From a virus: a stretch of DNA of 64,000 nucleotides. Made by a program: the position numbers and the translations under genes. The stretch's first letter is position 1. Every line of letters starts with the position of its first letter. The stretch is taken from IMG/VR virus record IMGVR_UViG_3300030329_003334, positions 30,022 to 94,021 of that record. One strand, given 5' to 3'. This document shows positions 1-10,309 of this stretch, piece by piece. A model generated the notes under the pieces. It had not been told where the DNA came from. It saw only the letters and a program-made list of their open reading frames with translations, and ran no database searches.

Positions 1-1
1 A

Positions 2-3000
2 TTATTTGAATTTGATTCTGAAGGTAATATAAAACTAGATGAGTTTGGTAAACCTATTATTAAAGAAGATTTAGATTATAGAATTTTACAAAAAGATGTA
101 CATTATAAACAAGGTCCTAATGGAGAGAAGTTGATATTAGACGAAGATGGTTATCCGTTAGGAGAAATATTTAAGTTTAATAGTTTTGTAGGTTTGAATA
201 ATATTATAGGAATACGTTCTCATGTAAGTCCTAGAACAGGTAAGGGTTTTATTAAGAATTTAGGTATAGGTAATGCTGAGATTAAAGCTATTAATGGAGT
301 TATACAAAATACTTTAACTGATGAAATGTTACAACTTCAAGCTAATCCTGTATTTATGGCTCAAGTTTCTAAATTATGGGCATTAGCTAAAACTACTTAT
401 GCTACTAAAGAACATTTTATTATAGATTTTTTAGGTAATCAAAAAATATCTTTAGTAGAATCTCAAAATTGGTTTGCTGGTAATATAGCTGAGTTTAAGA
501 ATAAACAAGATAGTACTAAGAGAGCAAAACAAACTAATTCTCCTGGTATGAAACAAGCGGGTATATTTACTAATCCTATGTTTGGTGTTATTGTTATTAA
601 AGATTTAGTATTACCTTCTCAAGATATAGAAACAATAGCTACTACTCTTAAAGACGATATACAAAAAAGAAAGAATTATAAAGGAACTGATGCAGAATTT
701 AATATGGATAATATTATAGCAGAAAATCCTCAAAGTAGTCTTGAACGAGAAGTATATAGAATTGCTCGTCATTATTTAGCTATTAATACAGGTGATGCTC
801 AGGGTTATGTAAGCTGGGAAAGGTATAAAAGACAGCTTAAAGATAATGCTATGTGGAATGATGATATAGCATTGATTGTTAAAAAAATAGATAATGATGA
901 GTATATTACTCCTGAAGAGTTAAATGCTATTATGCAGCCTTTAAAAGGATTTTATTATAATAGATCTATTGATAAGAATACAAACAGATTAAGATCTAGA
1001 CAACTTAAATATTCTACGGTACCTTTGATTCCTCAATTAATTAAAGGCACAGATCTAGAGATTTTAGCAGATAAAATGGATGCATATGGTATAGACGAAA
1101 CTGTATTTGAATCTGCATCTAAAGTAGGTACTTTAAGTGTATTTAAACTTCATGACGAAAATGGTCGTATACTTCCTGATATATTTGAAGAGTTAGTTAT
1201 GGCAGATGAATTCCATGTAGAATTATTAGATAATAATAGATGGATGAGGCAGCAAGATGTTCCTACTAAATTAGAACAAGTTACTGGAACATTAGGTACT
1301 CAGATAAAAGATTTGATTTTTACTAATTTATCTAATGATTCTATATATAAAGTAGCATTTAGTGAAATTTCTTTTACAGGTAAAGAGTTATTACAAAAGA
1401 ATCTTGCTATAGCAGCAGCTAATATCGAAGAAGATGCTATGAATCTTTTAATGGAGATTGGGGCTGAAATAGTAGAAGATTCAACAGCAGTTGGAGGTAT
1501 ACGAGTTATATTTAAAAATAATAAGAAAGTAAGAGCTTTATTAATAAGAGAGTTAACTAAGAGAGGACTTAATGATAATTATATAAAAGCTATTTTACCT
1601 AAACCAGGTACAGATGAATTTAATTTACCTTTATTTTTCTCAGGAATGGCATCTAAATTTGAATCAGTATTACTTTCTTTATTTACAAATAATGTAACTA
1701 ATCAAAAGTTTCCAGGATTTACTTCTGTTCAATTTTCTGGAGCATTCTTTAGAACTGGTAAGAAAGCAAGCGAATCTGTTCAAGCTCTGAATGAAGAGAG
1801 AATGCAAGGAGTTGAATATATTGATGGACATGATGCAAGCCAAAGATTAAGAACTACTAGAGATTCTGAATCTGGAATTATAACAGCTGAAGTTATTGTA
1901 TCTCGTCCTAATATGTTTAATCGACCAGATGGTACTCCTATTCCTATTAATGAAATAGATCCTGAAGTATTAGAAATGATTGGGTATCGTATTCCTACTG
2001 AAGCTAAGCATTCTATGGTAGTATTTAAAGTAGTAGGATTTACTCCTGCAGCTACAGGTGATATAATTATTTTACCTGATGATATTATAGCTCAAACTGG
2101 ATCCGATTTTGATATTGATAAGATGCAAGTTATGGTATATACTTCTGAAAATGGTAAGAAGATTCACTATGATGATGATAAAAGTCCTTCGGAAAATAGT
2201 AGAGATCAGAGAAATAATGGTTTATTAGATACGTTTATGTCTGTATTAAAAAATAGATATCATTTATCAGAGATGTTAGATACAGGTAATTTTGATGATC
2301 TTAAAGAGATCAGAGAGGAGATGGATAATATTGATAATATAAAGGAAGAAACATTTGATATATCTTCATTTTCAGGACAAGATGAAATGCGTAAAAGAAA
2401 TATATCTGGTAGAATACTTAAAGGTATATCTGCTACATTTAATAAGTTTGGAGCTATTGCTCAAAATACTAAGATGGTTTTATCTGAACCTTTTATTTGG
2501 AAATATAGATTAACAGAAATAGATGAAGCATCTGGTATAGAAATTAAGAGAAATGTAGAAGATTTTAAAGCTAGATATGGTGAAGAAAATGTTAGAGTAG
2601 AAGGTGAGTTTATTATTGTTACACATGAATTAATAGGTTGGACTAGAGACAATACACATTTAAATGCAAATGGTGATTTAGTTCTTAAACATTCAGCTCA
2701 AGGTATTACTGGTGCTGTTGATATTAGTAGTGATCCTACATTTAGTTCTTTTAATGTAAAAGCTTTTACTTATCCTATGGTAGCTGCAGCTACTTTAGTA
2801 GGTATTCCTTGGAAAGATATAGCTTGGTTAACTAAACAACAGATTGTAAAAGAAGTACAAGATAAATACTATGAAGCTAGAGGTATTCTTGGGGATAATA
2901 CTCCTGTTCATCAAATAATTAGAGATATTAGAAATTCGTTTTTAAACGTATCTACTAATCCTACTTATCAAGGTAAATTATTTGCTTTATTATCTGATGA

Positions 3001-6000
3001 AAAACAAAAACAAATATTAACTTTATTAAATAGAGCTAAGAAAGGTGATATATCATGGTCAGATTACTTTAATAAAAGAGCAGAAATAATAGGTATTTCT
3101 GAAGAAGTTGTTCCTTTAAGTAAAAACGAATTGAAAGATTTATACTTAACAAGTAAAAATTTCGATAACTTAACTAAAGAAGAAAAAATAGAGTATTATA
3201 AAAAACAATTACAAGTATTAAATAATTTCGAATATTTTAGAAAAATAGGTAGTGCTGTTAGTTCTACAGTATCAATTACTAAAGCTGATACTATAGGAGC
3301 AGGACCACAAATGACTGTTACTTCTAATTTTGAACGGCAATTAGATTCTCATTTCGATAATGATGGTTCAATACAGGTTGAATTGGAAAATGGTGAATTA
3401 ATAGATGCTGCTTTAGCTTTGCATCCTTCTTATTTTGGTAGAGATGCAGAATCTGTATATCCTACTTTAGATACTGTATATAGATTCTCTAATCAATTAA
3501 GTATAAAATCTGTAGGACAACATTTTATAGAACAACATCCTAGTTTTAGAATGATACTAGATGGAGTTATGGAAACTTTAAGAGGAGATAGATTCTTTAA
3601 ATATGATGATAGAATAGAAGCGATAGTTAGAAATTGGGTAGTATCTTATCTTTTAAAAGATGCAGATATATTTAGTGATTTAAGTGATTCTGATAAAAGA
3701 GATATACTTGGAATTACTTCTAAAGAAGATAGAAATATAACATCTTTAGCTGAAGATATAGCTAGTATTCAAAAGAGATTTCCTAGTTTAGCACAATCAG
3801 ATGGTCATATATTAGCTTTTTTAAATCCTAAATTATCTGAAAAAGATAAAAAGAATAATAATGGTATAGAATTTATAGAAGTTAATGAAATACCTAAAGA
3901 TACTGTTATACAGAATCATATAAGTAGATCTCTTTTAAGAATGTATAGAGGCACTGCATTAGATGCTGATGGTAGATCTTTACCAGAAGATGTAAGAGAA
4001 GAATTACAAAGAATAGCTAAAAAGATTCTTCAATATGAATTTATAACTAGAGGATTAAACTTTGGACGTAATTCTTTAACTGAAGTTATTGATACTAATA
4101 TTAAATTGGACGAGCAATTAGGAGCGCATCTTGAAAGAAAATTACAGAGTTTTAATATGGGTAATGATCCTATGAAAACAGGTGAAGAAAATTTAAATGA
4201 ATTAATTCATAAAATTATACGAGCTAATTGGTTTAGACATGATATGGTTCCTAGAGTTAAAAGAAAAACTACTAAAGTATTACGTTGGGATAAGAAGACT
4301 AGACAATATCAAGGTAAAGTAGAAACTGTTAGAGGTACAGGTAATTGGGTTCCTAATAGAGATGGTATTATTGTAACTGAAGGCAGAAAAAAATTAGATA
4401 AAGAACCTCCTAATGTTAGAAATTCACAGTATGTATATGTTCCTATATATAAGAAAATTACTCGTGGTAAAAATAAAGGTAATTGGGTATTAGTTTCTGA
4501 TGTTTTATATATGCAATATGGAGAAGATCCTAGTACTGGAAAATTATATTGGATACCTGTGTCAAGGACTAGTCTTCCTGGTAAATTAATGGAGTTTGGT
4601 ACCAAATCTATTTTAGATACTAACGATCCATATAGAGAAGCTTTTCCTTTTTCTAACGAACAAGAGGCTATGGATTATATAGATGGTGTATTAAATGGTG
4701 ATATAGATAGACAACAAGTATTAGATGAAATAGAAGATACTCAACAAGCATCTAAACAAGGATATGGTATAACTGTTAGTGAGGCGCAAAAAAGAGCAAT
4801 AGAAATGATGGAAGATGGTGATCCTGATAAAATGAAAAAACTTATGGCTGCGTTTGAAAAAATGAGTCAAGGTGGCAAGGATAGGACTGATAAAATAATG
4901 AAGGCAATTGAAAAAGCAGATGAGAAAGATACTAATGCTCCTAAAGTTAAACAGATTAAGGCTGATCCTTCTTTTAAAATACACTCTAAATCTGGATATG
5001 CAGCTAGAACTGCGGAAAATACTAAGTCACATGCTACTATAGATTTTTCTTTTGATCCTAATGTAGGATCAGGAGGAGTAAGAGGTACTACAAAAATTAA
5101 TGTAGATAGGTTTAAACGTGAGTATATAGGTATTAGATTAGAATCAGATGGTACTATTCAAATAACTGATGAATTAGTTAAAGATATAGTTAATCAATTA
5201 AATAATGCTAATAAAGGCAAAGGAGCTGTAACTGTTAATATAGCGGGTCATGGTATAGCTAAAATGGCTAAACAAGGAGCTACTCAAAAACAATTAGATG
5301 ATTCAGTGTATAAATTAGTTAAACAAATATTAGCTCATCCTGATCTTAAGAATAAAAATATTAAGATAAATACAGGAGGACAGACAGGATTTGATGAAGC
5401 TGGTACTAAAGCAGCTATGAGATTAGGTATAGAGAATACTATTTTAGCTCCTAGAGGTTGGATGTTTAGAGATAAGGAAAATAATGATATTTCAGATGAA
5501 CATGAGTTTAAAGCTAGATTTGGTATAGAAGCACTTGCTTCTACAGTTAAAGAAAAGAAAAAAACACGTTCTATGCAACAAGAAGTAGGATTAACTAAAG
5601 TAGATTCTTTTCATAAATTTATTACAGAAGAAGGTTTTGTAAAAGTACCTCTTAAAAATTCTCAAAAAATGAAATATGATGTAAAAGGTTGGGAAGGTAT
5701 AGAGTTTTTTATAGAAACTGAAGGAAATAAAACTAGTGGTATTGTAACAGTATCTGAAGCTATAACAGGAGCTAGGGCAGTATCTGTTGAATATGGAAAA
5801 GATAAAAAGTCAAAGACTGCAAAAGAAGCAATATCTGAAGCTCGTAATCAAATGAAGGAAACAGCTAAAAAAGTTTCTTTTGATAAATTTAAAGCTACAA
5901 TAGAAAAACATATAAAGGATTATGGATTAAATCCAGCTTATAGAAAACAAGTAAAATCTGATCCAAGTAAAACAGAAAATCCTACTATGGATAAGATGTT

Positions 6001-6070
6001 AAAATTATTCGAACAACAACAGGTTGAGAAGAAGAAAAATGATGATAATTCAGAAACTAAATGTGATTAA
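2..6070 (+). CDS. Giant virion-associated DNA-dependent RNA polymerase (crAss/phi14:2 gp66-like), 5'-truncated by the window; C-terminal SLOG domain
   Basis: GYRIP (~1982) ... GSDFDIDK (~2099-2122) double-psi-barrel catalytic motif. The frame is open from base 2 (LFEFDSEG...), so the TTG start at 131 is an artefact of the window edge. Confidence 0.9.
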   Translation, partial: LFEFDSEGNIKLDEFGKPIIKEDLDYRILQKDVHYKQGPNGEKLILDEDGYPLGEIFKFNSFVGLNNIIGIRSHVSPRTGKGFIKNLGIGNAEIKAINGVIQNTLTDEMLQLQANPVFMAQVSKLWALAKTTYATKEHFIIDFLGNQKISLVESQNWFAGNIAEFKNKQDSTKRAKQTNSPGMKQAGIFTNPMFGVIVIKDLVLPSQDIETIATTLKDDIQKRKNYKGTDAEFNMDNIIAENPQSSLEREVYRIARHYLAINTGDAQGYVSWERYKRQLKDNAMWNDDIALIVKKIDNDEYITPEELNAIMQPLKGFYYNRSIDKNTNRLRSRQLKYSTVPLIPQLIKGTDLEILADKMDAYGIDETVFESASKVGTLSVFKLHDENGRILPDIFEELVMADEFHVELLDNNRWMRQQDVPTKLEQVTGTLGTQIKDLIFTNLSNDSIYKVAFSEISFTGKELLQKNLAIAAANIEEDAMNLLMEIGAEIVEDSTAVGGIRVIFKNNKKVRALLIRELTKRGLNDNYIKAILPKPGTDEFNLPLFFSGMASKFESVLLSLFTNNVTNQKFPGFTSVQFSGAFFRTGKKASESVQALNEERMQGVEYIDGHDASQRLRTTRDSESGIITAEVIVSRPNMFNRPDGTPIPINEIDPEVLEMIGYRIPTEAKHSMVVFKVVGFTPAATGDIIILPDDIIAQTGSDFDIDKMQVMVYTSENGKKIHYDDDKSPSENSRDQRNNGLLDTFMSVLKNRYHLSEMLDTGNFDDLKEIREEMDNIDNIKEETFDISSFSGQDEMRKRNISGRILKGISATFNKFGAIAQNTKMVLSEPFIWKYRLTEIDEASGIEIKRNVEDFKARYGEENVRVEGEFIIVTHELIGWTRDNTHLNANGDLVLKHSAQGITGAVDISSDPTFSSFNVKAFTYPMVAAATLVGIPWKDIAWLTKQQIVKEVQDKYYEARGILGDNTPVHQIIRDIRNSFLNVSTNPTYQGKLFALLSDEKQKQILTLLNRAKKGDISWSDYFNKRAEIIGISEEVVPLSKNELKDLYLTSKNFDNLTKEEKIEYYKKQLQVLNNFEYFRKIGSAVSSTVSITKADTIGAGPQMTVTSNFERQLDSHFDNDGSIQVELENGELIDAALALHPSYFGRDAESVYPTLDTVYRFSNQLSIKSVGQHFIEQHPSFRMILDGVMETLRGDRFFKYDDRIEAIVRNWVVSYLLKDADIFSDLSDSDKRDILGITSKEDRNITSLAEDIASIQKRFPSLAQSDGHILAFLNPKLSEKDKKNNNGIEFIEVNEIPKDTVIQNHISRSLLRMYRGTALDADGRSLPEDVREELQRIAKKILQYEFITRGLNFGRNSLTEVIDTNIKLDEQLGAHLERKLQSFNMGNDPMKTGEENLNELIHKIIRANWFRHDMVPRVKRKTTKVLRWDKKTRQYQGKVETVRGTGNWVPNRDGIIVTEGRKKLDKEPPNVRNSQYVYVPIYKKITRGKNKGNWVLVSDVLYMQYGEDPSTGKLYWIPVSRTSLPGKLMEFGTKSILDTNDPYREAFPFSNEQEAMDYIDGVLNGDIDRQQVLDEIEDTQQASKQGYGITVSEAQKRAIEMMEDGDPDKMKKLMAAFEKMSQGGKDRTDKIMKAIEKADEKDTNAPKVKQIKADPSFKIHSKSGYAARTAENTKSHATIDFSFDPNVGSGGVRGTTKINVDRFKREYIGIRLESDGTIQITDELVKDIVNQLNNANKGKGAVTVNIAGHGIAKMAKQGATQKQLDDSVYKLVKQILAHPDLKNKNIKINTGGQTGFDEAGTKAAMRLGIENTILAPRGWMFRDKENNDISDEHEFKARFGIEALASTVKEKKKTRSMQQEVGLTKVDSFHKFITEEGFVKVPLKNSQKMKYDVKGWEGIEFFIETEGNKTSGIVTVSEAITGARAVSVEYGKDKKSKTAKEAISEARNQMKETAKKVSFDKFKATIEKHIKDYGLNPAYRKQVKSDPSKTENPTMDKMLKLFEQQQVEKKKNDDNSETKCD

Positions 6071-6072
6071 AT

Positions 6073-9000
6073 ATGGCATGTAGATTAATAATAAAAGCTA
6101 AGAATGGTAAAGATAGTAAATTATTTAATGATTTGAATGATATATTTGGGGAAGAGTATGCTAAAAATTTATATGCTTTAGCTAACACAGATATATTTAA
6201 AACATGGTTAGCAAATAAATATGAATCTCCAGATTTCTCTTATAAGTATGATAACAATGGAGAAATAGAATATAGAGCGATCTTAGAATTTTCTGAAAGT
6301 TATGATACTACTCCTATTAGCATGGCACGAGAATCTAGTAAAAATACAACTAGAAAAATAAATTTACTTAAACAAACATTTAGAAATGTAGGTATTAATG
6401 TTAGTATTATAGAAGATTATGATATAGTAGGAAGAGCTCAGGTAGATCCTGCCACTGATGAGAATCAAGCTGTTATTAGACTTAATCCTGATAAAGTATT
6501 TAAAGATACAATTATACATGAATTTGGTCATATATATGTAGATCTACTTGGAGAGGATCATCCTCTTGTTATAGCTGGTATAAACCAACTTAAGAATACT
6601 GAATTATGGAAACAGGTAGAAGCAGCTTATCCTCATTTAACTCCTAATAAATTAGCTAAGGAAGTATTAGTAACTGCTATTGGAAGAGAAGGTGCTGAAA
6701 TTTTTGATACACAACGAGATCAGAGTAGGTTTCAAAGGGTACTTAATGCTATTTTTTCAGCTATATCTAGAGTATTAGGATTAAATAGTTCTAATATTGC
6801 TAAAAGATTAGCTACAGAAATGCTTAACCAAAATCTTCAAAGAAATTTATCTGGAAAATTATCTGACTATACACAGCATTCTATTAATGTAGAAGAAGGA
6901 TTAAATCAAAAAGAACTTAATAAATATTTAAGTAATAAAATAGGTAATTTACATAAACAAATACGTAAGTTTAAATCTATTGCTCCTGAATTTTCTGAAA
7001 GTTTAAAAGATATAGTTGATGAAATACAAAAAGCAGATACTCATGAACAATTAGAAAAGTTAAATACATATATATCTAGTACTTTAGGACGTGTTATTCA
7101 AATAGAAGATGACAATGGAAATGTGGTAGAAAGAGCAACAGGTATTGAAGGTCGTCTTATAGAAGTGGAAAATATGCTGGATGAAATTGATAGATTAAAA
7201 AACGCTGTCGCGGTAAAAGAATTAAATGGTAAACAATTAAGTCAAGAAGATATTAATAGATTAGAAGAGGATATTAAAGTGAAATTAATGTCAGTTATTA
7301 GATCTTTATATCATGCTAATGTTATGGTAGACTCTTTTAATGATATATCTGATTTAGATGATAGAGCAGAATATCCTCCTGTTATAAAAAAAGCAATACG
7401 AAGCTTACAAGATAATATAGGAAAAATAGCTAAATTAAGAGCAAGAAGTATAAGATTAGGTAAAAGAGCTTTTATAACGCAACTTAAAGAATATACTTCT
7501 AATAAAGAAATATTAGATAATGCTGAAAATATATTTGAAAATAATTTTGATGAATCTGGGACTCAGCGTTGGATGGATGCTTTAGCTGATACAAATCATT
7601 CTTTTATAGCTTTAGTAAGAAAAAGAGTAGCTGAAGAATTAGACAAGAAAAGATTAGATGTTATAAGATTAAAGAGAGAGTGGGAAGATGAAGTAAAAAT
7701 TCTTAAACAAAATGGTATAAAATTAGAAGACTTTTTTGAAGAAGTAGATGGAATCAAAACAGGTCGTTTTATACAAGAATATGATGAGGCTGAGTTTTAT
7801 AGGTTAAAATCAGAAATGTTTGATAGGTATTTTAGTTTAATGAATAGAGCTAATGCTTTAGCTAAAGGTACTAAAGAAAGAAGCGAATTACTTAAAGAAG
7901 CTAAGAAATTAATTAGAGATTTTTATCAAGAAAATACACAACCTATTGAAAATTGGCAACAAATAGTTGAAGCTAAAAAAGCAAAATTATCTCCTGAAAG
8001 ATTCGAACAATGGTTAAAAGATAATTTTTATAGTGGACGTGGAGGCAGGTTATATCCTAGAGGTAAAGAAGTTGTTGAAATGAAAAAAGAAAAATTTCGT
8101 AATCCTAAATTTGATATTTTAATGTCTGATCCAGTTAAAAAAAGGTTTTATGAATATTACCAACGTCTTATAAACGAATTAACAGCGCACAGTAATAATG
8201 ATTTTTTAAGACGAGGATTTTTACCTGCTGTTCCTCTAGATCAGAGAAACTATATACAAGCTTTAAGAGATAATGTAGGTTGGAGAACTTTACAAGAAGA
8301 ACAAGAAGAATTTCAAGAAGATGAAGCTAAAGAAGTATTAGTAGATGAAACTGGTAAAGTAATTAATTTCATACCTTTCTATTATATGACTAAATTAGAT
8401 CAATTAGATTTAAAAGATATAAATAATGAAAGTCTTACTAATGAAGAAATAGAGGAGAGAATAAAAGAAAATAAAAAAATTAGAGAAGAAAATAAAAGAA
8501 GACATGCAGAAAGATTAGATTTTAATCTAGAAAAAACTATGCCTCGTTTTATAGATACGGCTTTAAATCATAGAGCTAAAACAGCTATGGAGGAAGAAGT
8601 ATTATTTGCTAGAGAAATATTGACTCATACTCAAATAAGAAAAAAGACAGGAAGTATATTAGGAAGAGGTAAAAGAGTTATAGATAAAACTTTTAAGCAA
8701 GATATGAATGAAGATAGAGATGCAACTGATGATGCATCAGAGTCTAATATATTAAAACATTTTGATGATTGGATACAGATGGTGTTTTATGAAAAATTTG
8801 AAGAAGACGAAGGTGCTTGGACTAAAGCTTCTAGAGTATTACAAAATTGGGCCTCTCTTAGAGGTATTGGTTGGAATGTATTTTCTGGTATAAATAATAA
8901 GATGTATGGATTTATGCAAACTCATATAGAAGCAGCGGGTAGTCAGTTTTTTGGTTATTCAGAATATAGGAAAGCAAGTTCAGATTATTATGCTAATATA

Positions 9001-10209
9001 CATGAGTATTTAATGGAAGGAATTACTTCTAGTGTAAAAGGAGAAGAATCTAATGTATTTTCTTCTAATAGTAAAGCAGGAGGATTAATGGTTATGTTTG
9101 ATATATTACAATCTCAAGATGAATTAGCTGAGCAAGCGGGAGGGCCTGAAAGATCTAAATTACATAAATTTAAGTTCTTTACAGATTCTGCTTATGCGAT
9201 GCAACATATTGGAGAACATAGTATGCAAAATATTACTATGTTAGCTATGCTTAGAAGATATAAAGTAGATCCTAGTAATGGAAAAATTTATAGAAATTCT
9301 GAAGCATATGCTAGAAAAAATGGATTATCTTATAATACTCCTGAAGAGAAAGCAGATATTCAAAAGAAATTTAAAGAGCTAGAATCTGTATACGATGTAT
9401 ATGAATTAGTAGATGGTTATACACAACTTAAAAAAGGAAGATTTATATCTGATAAAGAATGGTCTGAATTTAGACAAGAAATTATAGGTGTAAATCAATA
9501 TATGCATGGTATTTATAATAAAGAAGATGCGGGCGCCATGCAAAAATATGGTCTTGCAAGATTAGCAATACAATTTAGAAAATGGGCCCGTCCTGGATGG
9601 AACCGTAGATGGGGTAGTAAATTTGGACAATCTTATTGGAATGAAAGACGTAATATGTTAGATGAAGGTATGTATGTAACTACAGCTAAATTTACATGGC
9701 AATTATTAAAAGACTATAGAAACTTTTTTAGTAATTCTAAATTAAATTGGGATAGTCTCGATGAAACACAGAAAGCAAATGTTAAACGATCAGCTATGGA
9801 ATTATTACTTCTAATTAGTGTTATATTATTTACTCAAATGCTAAAAGGAATGGAAGAAGAAGACGATGATTTAAAAGAAAGTAAAGCATTTAATATTCTT
9901 ATGTATCAATCAGATAGATTATGGACTGAAATAGCTACTTATTCTCCTGTATACGGTTGGTTTAATGAGGCTAGTAAGTTAATGCAATCTCCTACTGCTT
10001 CTTGGAATATGGTTGAAGATGTATATAAATTAGCTTATAATACTTTTGCTTATCCATTTAGAACTGAAAAAGAAAGAATATTTAAATCTGGCGTTAATTA
10101 TGGAGATGATAAAATAAATACATATCTTAGAAAATCTGTTCCTTTATATAATCAAGTAGGTAGATGGAATAGATTAGAAAAACATAATAAATTTTATAAA
10201 CTATTCTAA
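6073..10209 (+). CDS. Large virion cargo/ejection protein with N-terminal zincin metallopeptidase motif
   Basis: DTIIHEFGH (HExxH at 6517-6531) followed by KEVLV; 1378 aa; lies directly after the RNAP as in crAss-like cargo clusters; hydrophobic segment near the C-terminus. Confidence 0.7.
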   Translation: MACRLIIKAKNGKDSKLFNDLNDIFGEEYAKNLYALANTDIFKTWLANKYESPDFSYKYDNNGEIEYRAILEFSESYDTTPISMARESSKNTTRKINLLKQTFRNVGINVSIIEDYDIVGRAQVDPATDENQAVIRLNPDKVFKDTIIHEFGHIYVDLLGEDHPLVIAGINQLKNTELWKQVEAAYPHLTPNKLAKEVLVTAIGREGAEIFDTQRDQSRFQRVLNAIFSAISRVLGLNSSNIAKRLATEMLNQNLQRNLSGKLSDYTQHSINVEEGLNQKELNKYLSNKIGNLHKQIRKFKSIAPEFSESLKDIVDEIQKADTHEQLEKLNTYISSTLGRVIQIEDDNGNVVERATGIEGRLIEVENMLDEIDRLKNAVAVKELNGKQLSQEDINRLEEDIKVKLMSVIRSLYHANVMVDSFNDISDLDDRAEYPPVIKKAIRSLQDNIGKIAKLRARSIRLGKRAFITQLKEYTSNKEILDNAENIFENNFDESGTQRWMDALADTNHSFIALVRKRVAEELDKKRLDVIRLKREWEDEVKILKQNGIKLEDFFEEVDGIKTGRFIQEYDEAEFYRLKSEMFDRYFSLMNRANALAKGTKERSELLKEAKKLIRDFYQENTQPIENWQQIVEAKKAKLSPERFEQWLKDNFYSGRGGRLYPRGKEVVEMKKEKFRNPKFDILMSDPVKKRFYEYYQRLINELTAHSNNDFLRRGFLPAVPLDQRNYIQALRDNVGWRTLQEEQEEFQEDEAKEVLVDETGKVINFIPFYYMTKLDQLDLKDINNESLTNEEIEERIKENKKIREENKRRHAERLDFNLEKTMPRFIDTALNHRAKTAMEEEVLFAREILTHTQIRKKTGSILGRGKRVIDKTFKQDMNEDRDATDDASESNILKHFDDWIQMVFYEKFEEDEGAWTKASRVLQNWASLRGIGWNVFSGINNKMYGFMQTHIEAAGSQFFGYSEYRKASSDYYANIHEYLMEGITSSVKGEESNVFSSNSKAGGLMVMFDILQSQDELAEQAGGPERSKLHKFKFFTDSAYAMQHIGEHSMQNITMLAMLRRYKVDPSNGKIYRNSEAYARKNGLSYNTPEEKADIQKKFKELESVYDVYELVDGYTQLKKGRFISDKEWSEFRQEIIGVNQYMHGIYNKEDAGAMQKYGLARLAIQFRKWARPGWNRRWGSKFGQSYWNERRNMLDEGMYVTTAKFTWQLLKDYRNFFSNSKLNWDSLDETQKANVKRSAMELLLLISVILFTQMLKGMEEEDDDLKESKAFNILMYQSDRLWTEIATYSPVYGWFNEASKLMQSPTASWNMVEDVYKLAYNTFAYPFRTEKERIFKSGVNYGDDKINTYLRKSVPLYNQVGRWNRLEKHNKFYKLF

Positions 10210-10244
10210 TTATTCCTTTGAGCAAGGATAAAAAAAAGAAGTAG

Positions 10245-10273
10245 AGAGGGATACAATTAAGTATCCCTCTTTT
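10245..10273. terminator. Intrinsic terminator between convergent late and early units (possibly bidirectional)
   Basis: AGAGGGATAC-AATTAA-GTATCCCTCT perfect 10-bp stem, followed by TTT and preceded by an A-run. Confidence 0.75.
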
Positions 10274-10309
10274 AGTAAAATCGAATAAAACTAAAAACTA
10301 CTTCAATAA

